Positions 20,069-29,894 of a stretch of 64,000 nucleotides of DNA are shown in pieces (position 1 is the stretch's first letter; each line of letters begins with the position of its first letter). The notes beneath the pieces were generated by a model. The model was not told the origin of the DNA and searched no databases. It saw only the letters and a list, made by a program, of their open reading frames with translations. This DNA is from an uncultured Acidobacteriota bacterium (GTDB lineage Bacteria; Acidobacteriota; Thermoanaerobaculia; UBA5066): contig CAVZYA010000001.1 in NCBI GenBank assembly GCA_963779415.1, positions 864,001 to 928,000 of the forward strand, read 5' to 3'. A program made the translations under genes and the position numbers.

Positions 20069-21885
20069 GCCGGCCCCTGAAACGATCGATCCTGCCGGTT
20101 CTCGCCGGGCTCGCCGTCGGAGGCGTCTTCGCGGTCCTTCTCGGCCGGGTCCTCGACGGCGCCGTCGCCGAGCGGACTCACCGCGACCTCGAGGGGCGGC
20201 TCGCCAACCTCTCCGAGGAGTTCGTGACCGATTTCCTCCCGGGGGCCCGTCCCGACGAGAAGGTCCGACTCTTCGCACGCGAGGCCGGGGCCCGGATCAC
20301 CCTCATCGCGCCAGACGGCCTCGTCCTCGCGGACAGCGAGGTGCCCCCGGAGAAGGTGCCGTCGATGGAGAATCACGGCGCCCGTCCCGAGATCGTCGAG
20401 GCGCGGCGCTCCGGACTGGGGTTCGACCAGCGCAGCTCGGCCACCGTCGGCATTCCGTTCGTCTACGTCGCGAGGCGCGTGGGAACCGAAGGCGCCCCCG
20501 TTGGCTTCGTCCGGCTCGCGATCAGCCGGCGGGTGCTCGATGCGCAGGAGGCGCCGTTCCGGGGGACGATCGAGAAGATCTCGCTGGGGGCGGGCGTCCT
20601 GGTGGCCCTCCTCTTCCTCGCCGTCCGCCAGCGTCATCGCCGCGAGCTCTCCCGCGTCATGTTGGGAATCGCGGATGCCGCCGAGGGGCGTTCGCCGCAT
20701 CTCCCTCAGGGAGCCTCCGAGGAGACGGAGGAGGTGATCCGGGCGCTCTCGAGGTTCGCCCGCCTCGTCGCCTCCCAGCGCGAGGGGAGCGAGAGGGCCC
20801 GCCTCCTTTCGCGGACCGTCTTCGAGCAGGTTCCCGTCGGCCTCATCGTCGTGGACGAGGCGCTCGACCTCCTCGACGCGAACCCGGCCGCCCTCGCGCT
20901 CTTCCGGGCGCCCGCCGGCATTCCGCGCCGGGCTCTCGTCGATCTCGTCCGGGAGACGGCCATCCTGAGGCTATTCGAAGCCGGAAGCGCAGCGGTGAAG
21001 GGGACGGCCCATGCGAGCGAGATCCTCCGCGTCGCCTCCGACGCGGTCCCCGAGCGGGTCCTCGAGGTGACCGTGCGGGCCCTCCCCCACGCCGAGAGGA
21101 GCGGCGAGCCGGCCGCGATCGGAGTCGTCCGGGACGTGACCGAGCACGAAAAGACCGAGGCGATGCGCCGCCGGTTCGTCTCGGACGTCTCCCACGAGCT
21201 GCGGACCCCGGTGGCCGCCATCCGGGCGGCGACCGAGACCCTGGCCGTCGAGGAGTCGCTCCCGCCCGACCTCGCCCGGCTTCTCGACATTCTCAAGCGG
21301 CAGTCGGCGCAGCTTCAGGACCTCGTCTCGGACCTGACCGATCTGTCGCAGATCGAGTCGGGGGCGGTGACGCTCGCCACGGAGGAGATTCCGGTGAGGA
21401 CGCTCCTCTCCGGGGTCGTCAACGACCTCGCGGCCTTCGCGGCCGCGCGGGGGGTCACGGTGGCGATCGAGGCCCCCGAGGAGCTTCTCGCCGCGGGGGA
21501 CCGGCGCCGGCTGGCCCAGGTCTTCCGGAACCTGATCGACAACGCCGTCAAGTTCTCCCCGGCCGGGAGCCGCGTGGACGTCCTCGCGGAACCGCTCGCC
21601 GCTGCCGCGGGAGGGCTGCGCCGCGTCGTCGTCCACGTCATCGACCGTGGCATCGGAATCCCGCGGGCCGAGCTCGACAACATCTTCCAGCGCTTCTACC
21701 GGGTCGACCCCTCGCGGGCGAAGTCCGTTCCCGGAACGGGGCTCGGGCTCGCCATCGTCAAGCACCTTCTCATCCTTCACCGCGGGTCGATCGCGGTCGA
21801 TTCGGAGCTTGGCAAGGGGAGCCGTTTCAGCGTGACCCTTCCTGCCGCGGCGCCTTCTAAGGCGGCCGCCCTGGAGACGAAATGA
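20065..21885 (+). CDS. phoR: Sensor histidine kinase (PhoR-like)
   Basis: Two TM segments, MENH..RPEI periplasmic motif, PAS-like region, FVSDVSHELRTP, NLIDNAVKF, GTGLGLAIVKH. Confidence 0.88.
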   Translation: MSRPLKRSILPVLAGLAVGGVFAVLLGRVLDGAVAERTHRDLEGRLANLSEEFVTDFLPGARPDEKVRLFAREAGARITLIAPDGLVLADSEVPPEKVPSMENHGARPEIVEARRSGLGFDQRSSATVGIPFVYVARRVGTEGAPVGFVRLAISRRVLDAQEAPFRGTIEKISLGAGVLVALLFLAVRQRHRRELSRVMLGIADAAEGRSPHLPQGASEETEEVIRALSRFARLVASQREGSERARLLSRTVFEQVPVGLIVVDEALDLLDANPAALALFRAPAGIPRRALVDLVRETAILRLFEAGSAAVKGTAHASEILRVASDAVPERVLEVTVRALPHAERSGEPAAIGVVRDVTEHEKTEAMRRRFVSDVSHELRTPVAAIRAATETLAVEESLPPDLARLLDILKRQSAQLQDLVSDLTDLSQIESGAVTLATEEIPVRTLLSGVVNDLAAFAAARGVTVAIEAPEELLAAGDRRRLAQVFRNLIDNAVKFSPAGSRVDVLAEPLAAAAGGLRRVVVHVIDRGIGIPRAELDNIFQRFYRVDPSRAKSVPGTGLGLAIVKHLLILHRGSIAVDSELGKGSRFSVTLPAAAPSKAAALETK

Positions 21886-22565
21886 AAGAGCACTTCTCCG
21901 AACTCCTCGAGAACCTCCGCCGCCAGCTGATCGGGATGGGCGCCGAGGTCGAGAACCAGATCCGCCTCGCCATGGACGCCCTCGTGGAGGCCGACGCCGT
22001 GAAGGCCCGCCGGGTCATCGAGCACGACCGGACGATCGACGAGCTGGAAGTGAAGAACGAGGACGACACGATCCACCTCCTCGCCACGCAGCAGCCCGTC
22101 GCGAGCGACCTGCGGCTTCTCGTCGCCGGCCTGAAGATCAACTCCGATCTCGAGCGGATCGGCGACCACGCCGTCAACATCGCGGAGGCCGCCGAGCGGA
22201 TGTCCCACGTCCGGCCGTTCAAGCCCTGGATCGACATCCCCTACATGGCCGAGATCGCCCGCGGGATGTTGCGCGACTCGCTCGACGCCTTCGTGAGGCG
22301 TGACTCGGGCCTCGCCCTCGAGGTCTGCCGGCGGGACGACCTCCTCGACGAGAAGAACAAGTCTCTCATCCGGGAGCTCCTGACCTACATGGCCGAGAAC
22401 CCCGCCCTCATCTCGGCGTCGATCGAGATCATGGGGATCTCGAAGAACCTCGAGCGCGTCGGCGACCTCTCGACGAACATCGCCGAGGAGACGATCTTCA
22501 TCGCCGAGGGCCAGAACATCAAGCACGTCTTCAAGACCCAGCCGCCGGGCTCCAATCCCGCCTGA
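21882..22565 (+). CDS. phoU: Phosphate signalling protein PhoU
   Basis: QPVASDLR, LERIGDHAVNIAE, LERVGDLSTNIAE. Confidence 0.95.
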   Translation: MKEHFSELLENLRRQLIGMGAEVENQIRLAMDALVEADAVKARRVIEHDRTIDELEVKNEDDTIHLLATQQPVASDLRLLVAGLKINSDLERIGDHAVNIAEAAERMSHVRPFKPWIDIPYMAEIARGMLRDSLDAFVRRDSGLALEVCRRDDLLDEKNKSLIRELLTYMAENPALISASIEIMGISKNLERVGDLSTNIAEETIFIAEGQNIKHVFKTQPPGSNPA

Positions 22566-22602
22566 TCGCTTCCCGCCGCCCGGCGTGCTACAACCGTCTT
22601 CC

Positions 22603-23829
22603 ATGTCCTCCCTCGCCGGGAAGCGGATTCTCCTCGGCGTGACCGGCTCCATCGCCGCATACAAGGCGGCGGACCTCGCGAGCCGCCTGACGCAGGAGGG
22701 AGCGCTCGTCGACGCCGTCCTGACGGCGGCGGCCGTCCGGTTCGTCTCGCCCCTGACCTTCCGCTCCGTCACCGGCCGGAAGGCCCTGACCGACCTCTGG
22801 AGCGACGAAGCTCACGTCGCCCACGTCGCGGTCGGTCGGGAGGCGGACCTGCTCCTCGTCGCCCCCGCGACGGCCGACATCCTCGCGAAGCTGGCCCACG
22901 GCCTCGCGGACGACCTCCTCTCGGTAGCCGCCCTCGCTTCCCGCGCGCCGCTCGTCCTCTGTCCCGCCATGGACGCGGGGATGTGGGAGCACCCGGCCAC
23001 CCGGGCGAACGTCGAGACGCTGAAGGGGCGCGGCGCCCTCTTCTTCGGGCCGGCGGAAGGGCGGATGGCGAGCGGCCTCATCGGGACCGGCCGCCTCGTC
23101 GAGCCCGAGGAGATCGTCGGCCGCCTCCGGACGCTTCTCGGGGCGAAGGGACCCCTCGCGGGCCGGACGGTCGTCGTCTCGGCCGGCCCGACGTACGAGC
23201 CGATCGACCCCGTCCGGTTCGTCGGGAACCGCTCCTCGGGGAGACAGGGCTTCGCCCTCGCCCGGGCGGCGCTCGACCGCGGGGCGCGGGTGGTCCTCGT
23301 CGCCGGCCCCTCGCCGCTCCCGACGCCGGCAGGCGCCGAGCGTGTCGACGTCGGGACCGCCGCCGAGATGCGCGAAGCGGTCCTCGCGGCCTCCGCGAAG
23401 GCGGACGCCCTCGTCATGGCCGCCGCCGTCGCCGACTACAGGCCCGAGAAGGCGGCCGGCACCAAGCTGAAGAAGGGATCGAAGGATCGCCTCCCGTTCC
23501 GACTCGTCGCGACCGCGGACATCCTCGCGGAAATCGGCGCGCGCCGGCGGAAGACTAAGCGCCCGCGCGTTCTCGTCGGCTTCGCGGCCGAGACGGGAGA
23601 TCCGTCCGCCGAGGCGAAGCGGAAGCTCGTCGCCAAGGGGCTCGACCTCGTCGTCGCGAACGACGTGACCTCCCCCGGCGCCGCTTTCGGCGGACCGACG
23701 AACCACGTCGTCCTCGTCGACGCCTCGGCGGTGGAACGCCTGCCTCTGATGTCGAAGGACGACGTCGCCGGAGCGGTGATGGACCGGATCGTCCGGCTCC
23801 TCCCGAACAGGAGTCGACACGTCGAGTGA
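22603..23829 (+). CDS. coaBC: Phosphopantothenoylcysteine decarboxylase/synthetase
   Basis: GVTGSIAAYK, APATAD, PAM, IDPVRFVGNRSSG, AAVADY, VGFAAET. Confidence 0.95.
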   Translation: MSSLAGKRILLGVTGSIAAYKAADLASRLTQEGALVDAVLTAAAVRFVSPLTFRSVTGRKALTDLWSDEAHVAHVAVGREADLLLVAPATADILAKLAHGLADDLLSVAALASRAPLVLCPAMDAGMWEHPATRANVETLKGRGALFFGPAEGRMASGLIGTGRLVEPEEIVGRLRTLLGAKGPLAGRTVVVSAGPTYEPIDPVRFVGNRSSGRQGFALARAALDRGARVVLVAGPSPLPTPAGAERVDVGTAAEMREAVLAASAKADALVMAAAVADYRPEKAAGTKLKKGSKDRLPFRLVATADILAEIGARRRKTKRPRVLVGFAAETGDPSAEAKRKLVAKGLDLVVANDVTSPGAAFGGPTNHVVLVDASAVERLPLMSKDDVAGAVMDRIVRLLPNRSRHVE

Positions 23830-23848
23830 ACGTTCCTGTCGTGCGGCC

Positions 23849-24481
23849 GTGACGGAGAAGAAAGGCTCCTCCGAGAGTCTCGCCCCGGCGACCCGCCCCC
23901 ACGTCTGCCCCGCCTGGGCGGGGCCGCTCCTCTGCTGCCCTCTACGTCGTCTGTTTGAACGGCAGGAAAAGCTCCTCGGCAACTACGTAACGGCGGGAAT
24001 GACCGCTCTCGAGCCGGGCTGTGGCATGGGGTACTTCACCCTGCCGATCGCCCGAATGACGGGTCCGGCCGGCAAGGTGGTCGCCGCCGATCTCCAGCCG
24101 AAGATGATCGAAGGCCTGAAGCGACGCGCTCGTCGCGCCGGCCTCCTCGAACGGATCGAGGCCATTGCCTGCGACGACGACGACCTCCGCCTCGAAGGCT
24201 GGTCGGGGCTCATCGACGTGGCGATCGCGATCCACGTCCTCCACGAAGTCCGCGACCGCCGGCGGTTCCTCGAGCAGATGTTGGAAGCCCTGCGGCCGGG
24301 AGGCCGGTTGCTCCTCCTCGAGCCGAAGGGACACGTCTCCCGCGAGGCGCTCGAGGGCGAACTGGCTCTCGCGGAGCTGGTCGGGTTCCGCCGGGTCGAG
24401 GCCCCGCTCCACCGGAGGAGCCACGGGGCGCTGCTGGAGAAGGCGGCGAGGGAAGGGAGTAGTCGTTCCTACGTGGCGTAA
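23849..24481 (+). CDS. Class I SAM-dependent methyltransferase
   Basis: [22 protein letters not shown]. Confidence 0.85.
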   Translation: MTEKKGSSESLAPATRPHVCPAWAGPLLCCPLRRLFERQEKLLGNYVTAGMTALEPGCGMGYFTLPIARMTGPAGKVVAADLQPKMIEGLKRRARRAGLLERIEAIACDDDDLRLEGWSGLIDVAIAIHVLHEVRDRRRFLEQMLEALRPGGRLLLLEPKGHVSREALEGELALAELVGFRRVEAPLHRRSHGALLEKAAREGSSRSYVA

Positions 24482-24614
24482 GGCCGCGCATGAAGAGCGA
24501 GCCAGCTGTCGCGAATCCGTTTCCGACCGGGCAGGCACCCGGTGGCTTCGTCCCTTGACCCGATTCGCTCTCGCCCGGGTTCCGATGCCCGCCATCGCCA
24601 CGGAGGAGACACGC

Positions 24615-25082
24615 ATGACCGATCTCGCCCTCGAAAGCGGCCCCCGCAAGCGGATCGCCCTCGTCGCTCACGACAACAAGAAGAAGGACCTCCTGGAGTG
24701 GGCCACGTTCAATCGCGACCTTCTCGTGAAGCACGATCTCTTCGCCACCGGCACGACGGGCGCGATGATCGAGAAGGCGCTCGGCACGACCGTCGTCAAG
24801 CTTCAGAGCGGCCCGCTCGGGGGAGACCAGCAGATCGGCGCCAAGATCGCGGAGGGGACGGTGGACTTCGTCATCTTCTTCTGGGACCCGCTGGAGCCGC
24901 AGCCCCATGACCCGGACGTCAAGGCGCTCCTCCGGATCGCGGTCGTCTGGAACGTCCCGGTCGCCTGCAACCGGGCCAGCGCGGACTTCATGATCTCTTC
25001 CCCGCTGATGGACTCCCCTTACGAGAGGATCCTTCCGGACTACGAGGGCTACCGCGACCGGCTCAAAGCCACGGACCTCTGA
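24615..25082 (+). CDS. mgsA: Methylglyoxal synthase
   Basis: [49 protein letters not shown]. Confidence 0.96.
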   Translation: MTDLALESGPRKRIALVAHDNKKKDLLEWATFNRDLLVKHDLFATGTTGAMIEKALGTTVVKLQSGPLGGDQQIGAKIAEGTVDFVIFFWDPLEPQPHDPDVKALLRIAVVWNVPVACNRASADFMISSPLMDSPYERILPDYEGYRDRLKATDL

Positions 25083-25246
25083 TCGAATCGGACTCCCCCG
25101 AGCGCACCGCGGGACGCGTATCGTCGGACGGGCTTCCCGGAGCGAGGTGAATATGAATGCCGAAACGAAGCGGGAGTCGGGTTGGCCCTGACGTGGGGCC
25201 TCGCGCACTTCGCCATCGTCGGCCGGCGAGCCGGGACGATCCCCGG

Positions 25247-25567
25247 CTACGACCGCGCAACTTTCTCGATCTCTTTCCAGGCAGCCGCGATCGGTCTTCG
25301 CTGAAGGTCGTACTTCGGAGCAAGGTGGTCGAGCGAGAAGAGCAGCGACGAGACGAGCTCCGGCACCGCCTCGAGGAGATGCGGGGATCGCGTGACCTCC
25401 GGCAGGAGGCGCCGGAAGACGCTCCTCGCGTCCCGGCTTATCGCGGGCTCGTCGGCGTGGAAGAGAGGCTCCACGGCTCGGCCAAGATCCTTCAGCATCG
25501 CCTCCGTGGCGGGATTCAGCGGAAGCGGGACCGTCGATACCGGGCCATTACGAAGCAGCTTTTCCAC
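25247..25567 (-). CDS. Hypothetical helical protein (106 aa)
   Basis: Only plausible ORF in the gap, co-oriented downstream of coaX. Confidence 0.45.
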   Translation of the reverse strand: MEKLLRNGPVSTVPLPLNPATEAMLKDLGRAVEPLFHADEPAISRDARSVFRRLLPEVTRSPHLLEAVPELVSSLLFSLDHLAPKYDLQRRPIAAAWKEIEKVARS

Positions 25568-25644
25568 GTTCGTCGGCGCCGCTCTCTGTCTATTCCAGTC
25601 CTGTTAAGACGAAATGAAGACGATGCCGGACGCGGCGCCCGGCG

Positions 25645-26409
25645 TCAGACGTTCAGAGCGTGGATGACGCGGAGGCCGTCGAGCGTCAGCCACGGCGCGA
25701 CGTTCTCCAGAACCGCCGTCTCCCGGGCGATCAGCTCGCTGTAGCCCCCCGTCGCGATCACCTTCGTCTCCGGGCCGAGTTCGGCGCGGAACCGCGCGAC
25801 CATCCCCTCCACGAGGCCGACGTAGCCGAAGACGAGCCCCGACTGCAGCGCGTGCTCGGTGTTCCGCCCGATGGCGAAAGGAGGCCGGACGAGATCGACC
25901 CGCGGGAGCTTGGCGGCCCGCACGTGGAGGGCTTCCGCGGCGATGCCGATCCCCGGCGCGATCGCCCCTCCGAGATACTCGCCCCGCGAGGAGAGCGCGT
26001 CGAACGTCGTCCCGGTCCCGAAATCGACGATGCAGGCCGGGCCGCCCCAGAGCGCCTTGACGGCGGCGGCATTCACGATCCGGTCGGCGCCCACCTGCTT
26101 CGGGTCGTCGTAGAGGACCCGGATTCCCGTCTTCACGCCCGCCTCGACCACGAGCGGATCGACGCCGAGCGACCGGCGGCAGACCTCCACCCACGTTCCC
26201 GTCAGCGGCGGCACGACGGACGAGAGAGCCGCGGTCGAGATCTCTCTCTTCGAGAGGCCCTCGTTCGCGAGGAGCGCGAGGAGCATCAGGCCGTACTCGT
26301 CGGCGAGACGGGTCCGGACCGTTTCGAGGCGCCAGCGCGGGCCGGGCTTCTCCCCGTCCCAGAGGCCGATCGTGATCGTCGTGTTTCCGATGTCGAGGGC
26401 CAGAAGCAT
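25645..26409 (-). CDS. coaX: Type III pantothenate kinase
   Basis: LDIGNT, SSVVP, VGADR, VDFGTGTTFD, GGAIAPG, IATGG. Confidence 0.95.
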   Translation of the reverse strand: MLLALDIGNTTITIGLWDGEKPGPRWRLETVRTRLADEYGLMLLALLANEGLSKREISTAALSSVVPPLTGTWVEVCRRSLGVDPLVVEAGVKTGIRVLYDDPKQVGADRIVNAAAVKALWGGPACIVDFGTGTTFDALSSRGEYLGGAIAPGIGIAAEALHVRAAKLPRVDLVRPPFAIGRNTEHALQSGLVFGYVGLVEGMVARFRAELGPETKVIATGGYSELIARETAVLENVAPWLTLDGLRVIHALNV

Positions 26410-26426
26410 CGAGGCCTCCCCTTTCG

Positions 26427-27275
26427 TCAGAGCGCGGAGCCTTCCGGCAGGACGAGATTGTCCAGAAGCCGGGTCGATCCGAACCGGACGGCCATCGAGA
26501 CGAGCACCCGGCCGGCCGCCGTCTCGATCTCGACGAGCGTCTCCGGATCGGCCGCCGAGACGTAGTCCACGGACGCGAGCGGCTCGGCGGCGAGAATCGC
26601 GAGCGCGGGCTCGCGGAGCCGCGGGCCGCGGCGTTCGCCCGCGAGCCACGCCGCCGAGACGGCCCGAAGGGAGCGGTAGAGGACCGGCGCCGCCCGCCGC
26701 TCTTCCGGGGTGAGATAGGCGTTCCGGCTGCTCATCGCGAGGCCGTCCGGCTCGCGGACGATCGGGCAGACGACGATCTCGACGGGGAGGTCGAGGTCGG
26801 CGGCCATTCTCCGGATGATCACCGCCTGCTGGGCGTCCTTCTGGCCGAAGTAGGCCCGGTCCGGCTCGATCACGTGCAGGAGCTTCGACACGACGGTCAG
26901 GACGCCGCGAAAGTGTCCCGGACGGCGCTCCCCTTCGAGCGTCCCGGCAAGCGCGCCCGGAACGACCCATGTCTGAAAGCCCGGCGGAAAGACGGACGCC
27001 GCCTCCGGCGCGAAGACGAGGTCGACCCCTTCCGCCTCGAGAAGCGCGAGATCTCCCTCGAGGTTCCGCGGGTACTTCGCGAGATCCTCCTGCGGGCCGA
27101 ACTGCGTCGGGTTGACGAAGATGCTCGCGAGGGCGGCGTCGCTCTCGGCGCGCGAGCGCCGGACGAGCGACAGGTGCCCGTCGTGCAGCGCTCCCATCGT
27201 CGGGACGAATCCGACCCGGCCCCGAAGTCCGCGCCGGAGGCGCCGCGCCTCGCGGGAGTCCGTGACGACCTTCAT
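26427..27275 (-). CDS. panC: Pantoate-beta-alanine ligase
   Basis: FVPTMGALHDGH, FVNPTQF, RPGHFRGV, FGQKD, GLAMSSRN, RLLDN. Confidence 0.96.
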   Translation of the reverse strand: MKVVTDSREARRLRRGLRGRVGFVPTMGALHDGHLSLVRRSRAESDAALASIFVNPTQFGPQEDLAKYPRNLEGDLALLEAEGVDLVFAPEAASVFPPGFQTWVVPGALAGTLEGERRPGHFRGVLTVVSKLLHVIEPDRAYFGQKDAQQAVIIRRMAADLDLPVEIVVCPIVREPDGLAMSSRNAYLTPEERRAAPVLYRSLRAVSAAWLAGERRGPRLREPALAILAAEPLASVDYVSAADPETLVEIETAAGRVLVSMAVRFGSTRLLDNLVLPEGSAL

Positions 27276-28170
27276 GCCGCACCCTTCTCGTCCAGCGCGC
27301 GGACCGCGAGCCAGAGGCTCTCGTTCACCGGCGCCGGGACACCGAGCCGCCGGGCCTTCGCGACGACCGCGCCGTTGATCGCGTCCACTTCCGTCGGGGC
27401 TCCACGCCGGACGTCCTGGAGCATCGACGAGACGTTTCCGGCCGTCGCGAGGGCCACGCGCCGTGCCGCCTCCCCGGGATCGCCAGCCGGAAGCTCGATC
27501 CCGGCCGCCGCCGCCGTCGCGACGACCTCCCGGGCCGCGGAATCGAGAAGGGCCACGGCGGACGGGCGGCGCAGGATCTCGCCGTTGGCGACGTCGAGCA
27601 GCGCCGTCAGCGGAAGAAGAGGCGCCGTGACCGAGAGCTTCTCCCAGACGAGGCGATTCGCATCCGGAACGATCGAGACCTCGAAGCCCGCCCGCGAGAG
27701 AAGCTCCTCGACGCGCGCGGCCTTCGGATGGGCGGCGAGAGAGATCCGCCTCCCTCCGCCGGAGCGGGCGTGCCCGGGCGACACGAGCGTCGCGCCGACC
27801 TCGGCCGCTCCCGTCACGACACGCTCCGGACCGAGCGCGGCGCCGAGCGTCTCGGAATTTCCCGAGGCCGTTCTGAAGGGTCACGGCGACGCCGTCCTTC
27901 TCGAGAAACGACCGGATCGCTTCGGCGGCCCGCCCCGTCGCCCCCGCCTTCACGAGGACGAAGGCGATCCGCGCGCCACGGCATTCCTCCGGAGAGACGG
28001 TGGCCGCCACTGATGCGGAGAACGTCCCGTCTTCGGAGTCGAGGGTCGCGCCGTGGAGACGAAAGCTCCGGATCGCCTCGGCCCACGTCCCGAGAAGGGT
28101 GACGGGGACGAGCGCCGCCGAGCCGGGCGGCGAAGAGCGTCGCCAGAGCGCCGGTCCCGACGACCGTCAC
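27272..28170 (-). CDS. panE: 2-dehydropantoate 2-reductase, two frameshifts (near 28105 and 27855)
   Basis: [39 protein letters not shown] across three frames. Sits between panB and panC. Confidence 0.82.
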
Positions 28171-29076
28171 CAAGCAACCGGCTCCTTCCGCTTCGCCGTG
28201 CGAAGAGGGTTCTCCTCGAGGTCGCGCCGGAGCTTCTCCCACTCCTCGTCCGGAATCGGGTAGGTGTGCTCTGGCCCCGGAAATCGCCGATCGAGGACCT
28301 CTCGCCGGTAGGTCTCGAGAGCTTTCTGCGCCTCCTCCAAGAGGCTCGCGTAGCGCTTCACGAAGCGCGGCGCGAGGCTGTCCTGGAGCCCGAGGAGATC
28401 GTGGAAGACGAGCACCTGTCCGTCGCATGCCGACCCCGAGCCGATGCCGATCGTCGGAATCCGGAGGTTCCTCGAGAGGAGCGCCGCCACGCGGTCCGGG
28501 ACCGCCTCCAGAACGAGGGAGAAACAGCCGGCCTCTTCGAGAAGCAACGCGTCCTCGAGGAGCTTCCGGGCCGCCGGAGCCGTCCCCCCCTGCGCGCGGT
28601 ACCCGCCGAGGGCGCGGATCGACTGAGGCTGAAGGCCGATGTGCCCCATGACGGGAATCCCGGCCTCCACGAGGGCCCGGACGGTCGCCGAGCGCTCGCG
28701 TCCCCCCCTCCAGCTTCACGGCGTCCATTCCGCCTTCGGCCAGGAAACGCCCCGCGTTGCGGATCGCCTCTTCGACCGAGACCTGATAGGTAAGAAACGG
28801 CAGGTCGCCCACCCGGAGCGCCCGGCTCTTCGCGCGCGCCACGGCCCGGGCGTGGTGGAGCATTTCGTCCAACGTCACCGAGAGCGTGTCCTCGTAGCCG
28901 AGGACGACCATGCCGAGCGAATCGCCCACGAGAAGGACGTCGATCCCGGCCCGGTCCCCGGCGAGGGCGGACGGGTAATCGTAGGCCGTGACCATCGTGA
29001 CCGGCTCGCCGCGCGCCTTTCGTGCGAGGAGGCTCTGCGGCGTGACGCGGGAGCGGGCGGGAGAAGGGGTACTCAT
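28167..29076 (-). CDS. panB: 3-methyl-2-oxobutanoate hydroxymethyltransferase, frameshift at a G homopolymer near 28702-28708
   Basis: TAYD, LVGDSLG, VKLEGG, then [23 protein letters not shown] in the next frame. Confidence 0.9.
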
Positions 29077-29210
29077 GCGCTGTCTCCTTCTTCGAGAAGT
29101 GAGAGGCGTCGGAATCGGACCCTGGGATCGAACCGGTCTCCCCCGGAATCTCCGGTGGAAGCGAAAGAGACGTTAACACGGGAGGCGGGGGCTCCTGCGA
29201 GAATCGGCCC

Positions 29211-29819
29211 GTGCCCGGGATTCCGCTGCTTTCGGCCGCTCCGCTCCTTCTTGCCGCGGCCCTCTCGGTACGCGTCCTCCTTCCCTTCGCCCTCGACGCA
29301 TTCGCGAGCGACCCCGAGACGCGGATCGAGGACGCCTACAAGTGGCTTTTCCAGGCCGCGAACGGTGGCGAGCATGCCATCCCGGACGAGGAGTCGGCGC
29401 GGGAGTGGCTCGGGAAGGAGTGGGGTTCGCTCGGCGAGGCCCTTCCGGGCGAGCCCCTCCTCGTCCCGCTCCGGCCGGACGGCGCCCTCGTCCGACTGAA
29501 TCTCCGCCCCTACCGCGACCGCGGCGGAAAGCCCGAGGATCTCCTCGCGGCCTTCCTCGCGGGAGCCCGGGCGTTCCGCCCGGACCCCTCCCTCTTCCGG
29601 GAGTCGTGGATCGCCCTCGGCGAGCGGCTCGCCGCTCGGCCGCTTGGGCCGCTGAATCGGGCGGAATGGAATCGTCTCGACGCCGCCATGCGGCCGAAAG
29701 GCTATCCGGCCGCTCGTCACAGCGACGGCTTCACCCGTGCGCGCCGCCCCGCCTATCGCGTCCTGACCGGAGACGAGGCCGGCCTTCTCGTTCGGGCGCT
29801 CGAGAAGAATCCGCGGTGA
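29211..29819 (+). CDS. Conserved hypothetical protein with possible signal peptide
   Basis: Motif series EDAYKWLFQ..GGEH, VRLNLRP, RHS...RPAYRV. Hydrophobic N-terminus. Confidence 0.7.
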   Translation: MPGIPLLSAAPLLLAAALSVRVLLPFALDAFASDPETRIEDAYKWLFQAANGGEHAIPDEESAREWLGKEWGSLGEALPGEPLLVPLRPDGALVRLNLRPYRDRGGKPEDLLAAFLAGARAFRPDPSLFRESWIALGERLAARPLGPLNRAEWNRLDAAMRPKGYPAARHSDGFTRARRPAYRVLTGDEAGLLVRALEKNPR

Positions 29820-29894
29820 GGAGCCGCTTCGGTACGATACTCGCGCTCCGGACCGCACCCCCCGCACGAACGACGAAACAGGAGATTGCCCACC

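Noticed and set aside
29115-29140. tRNA-like GGTTCGATCCC on the minus strand
   Set aside because: No proper T-stem, acceptor stem or anticodon arm. Kept only as part of the panB leader.
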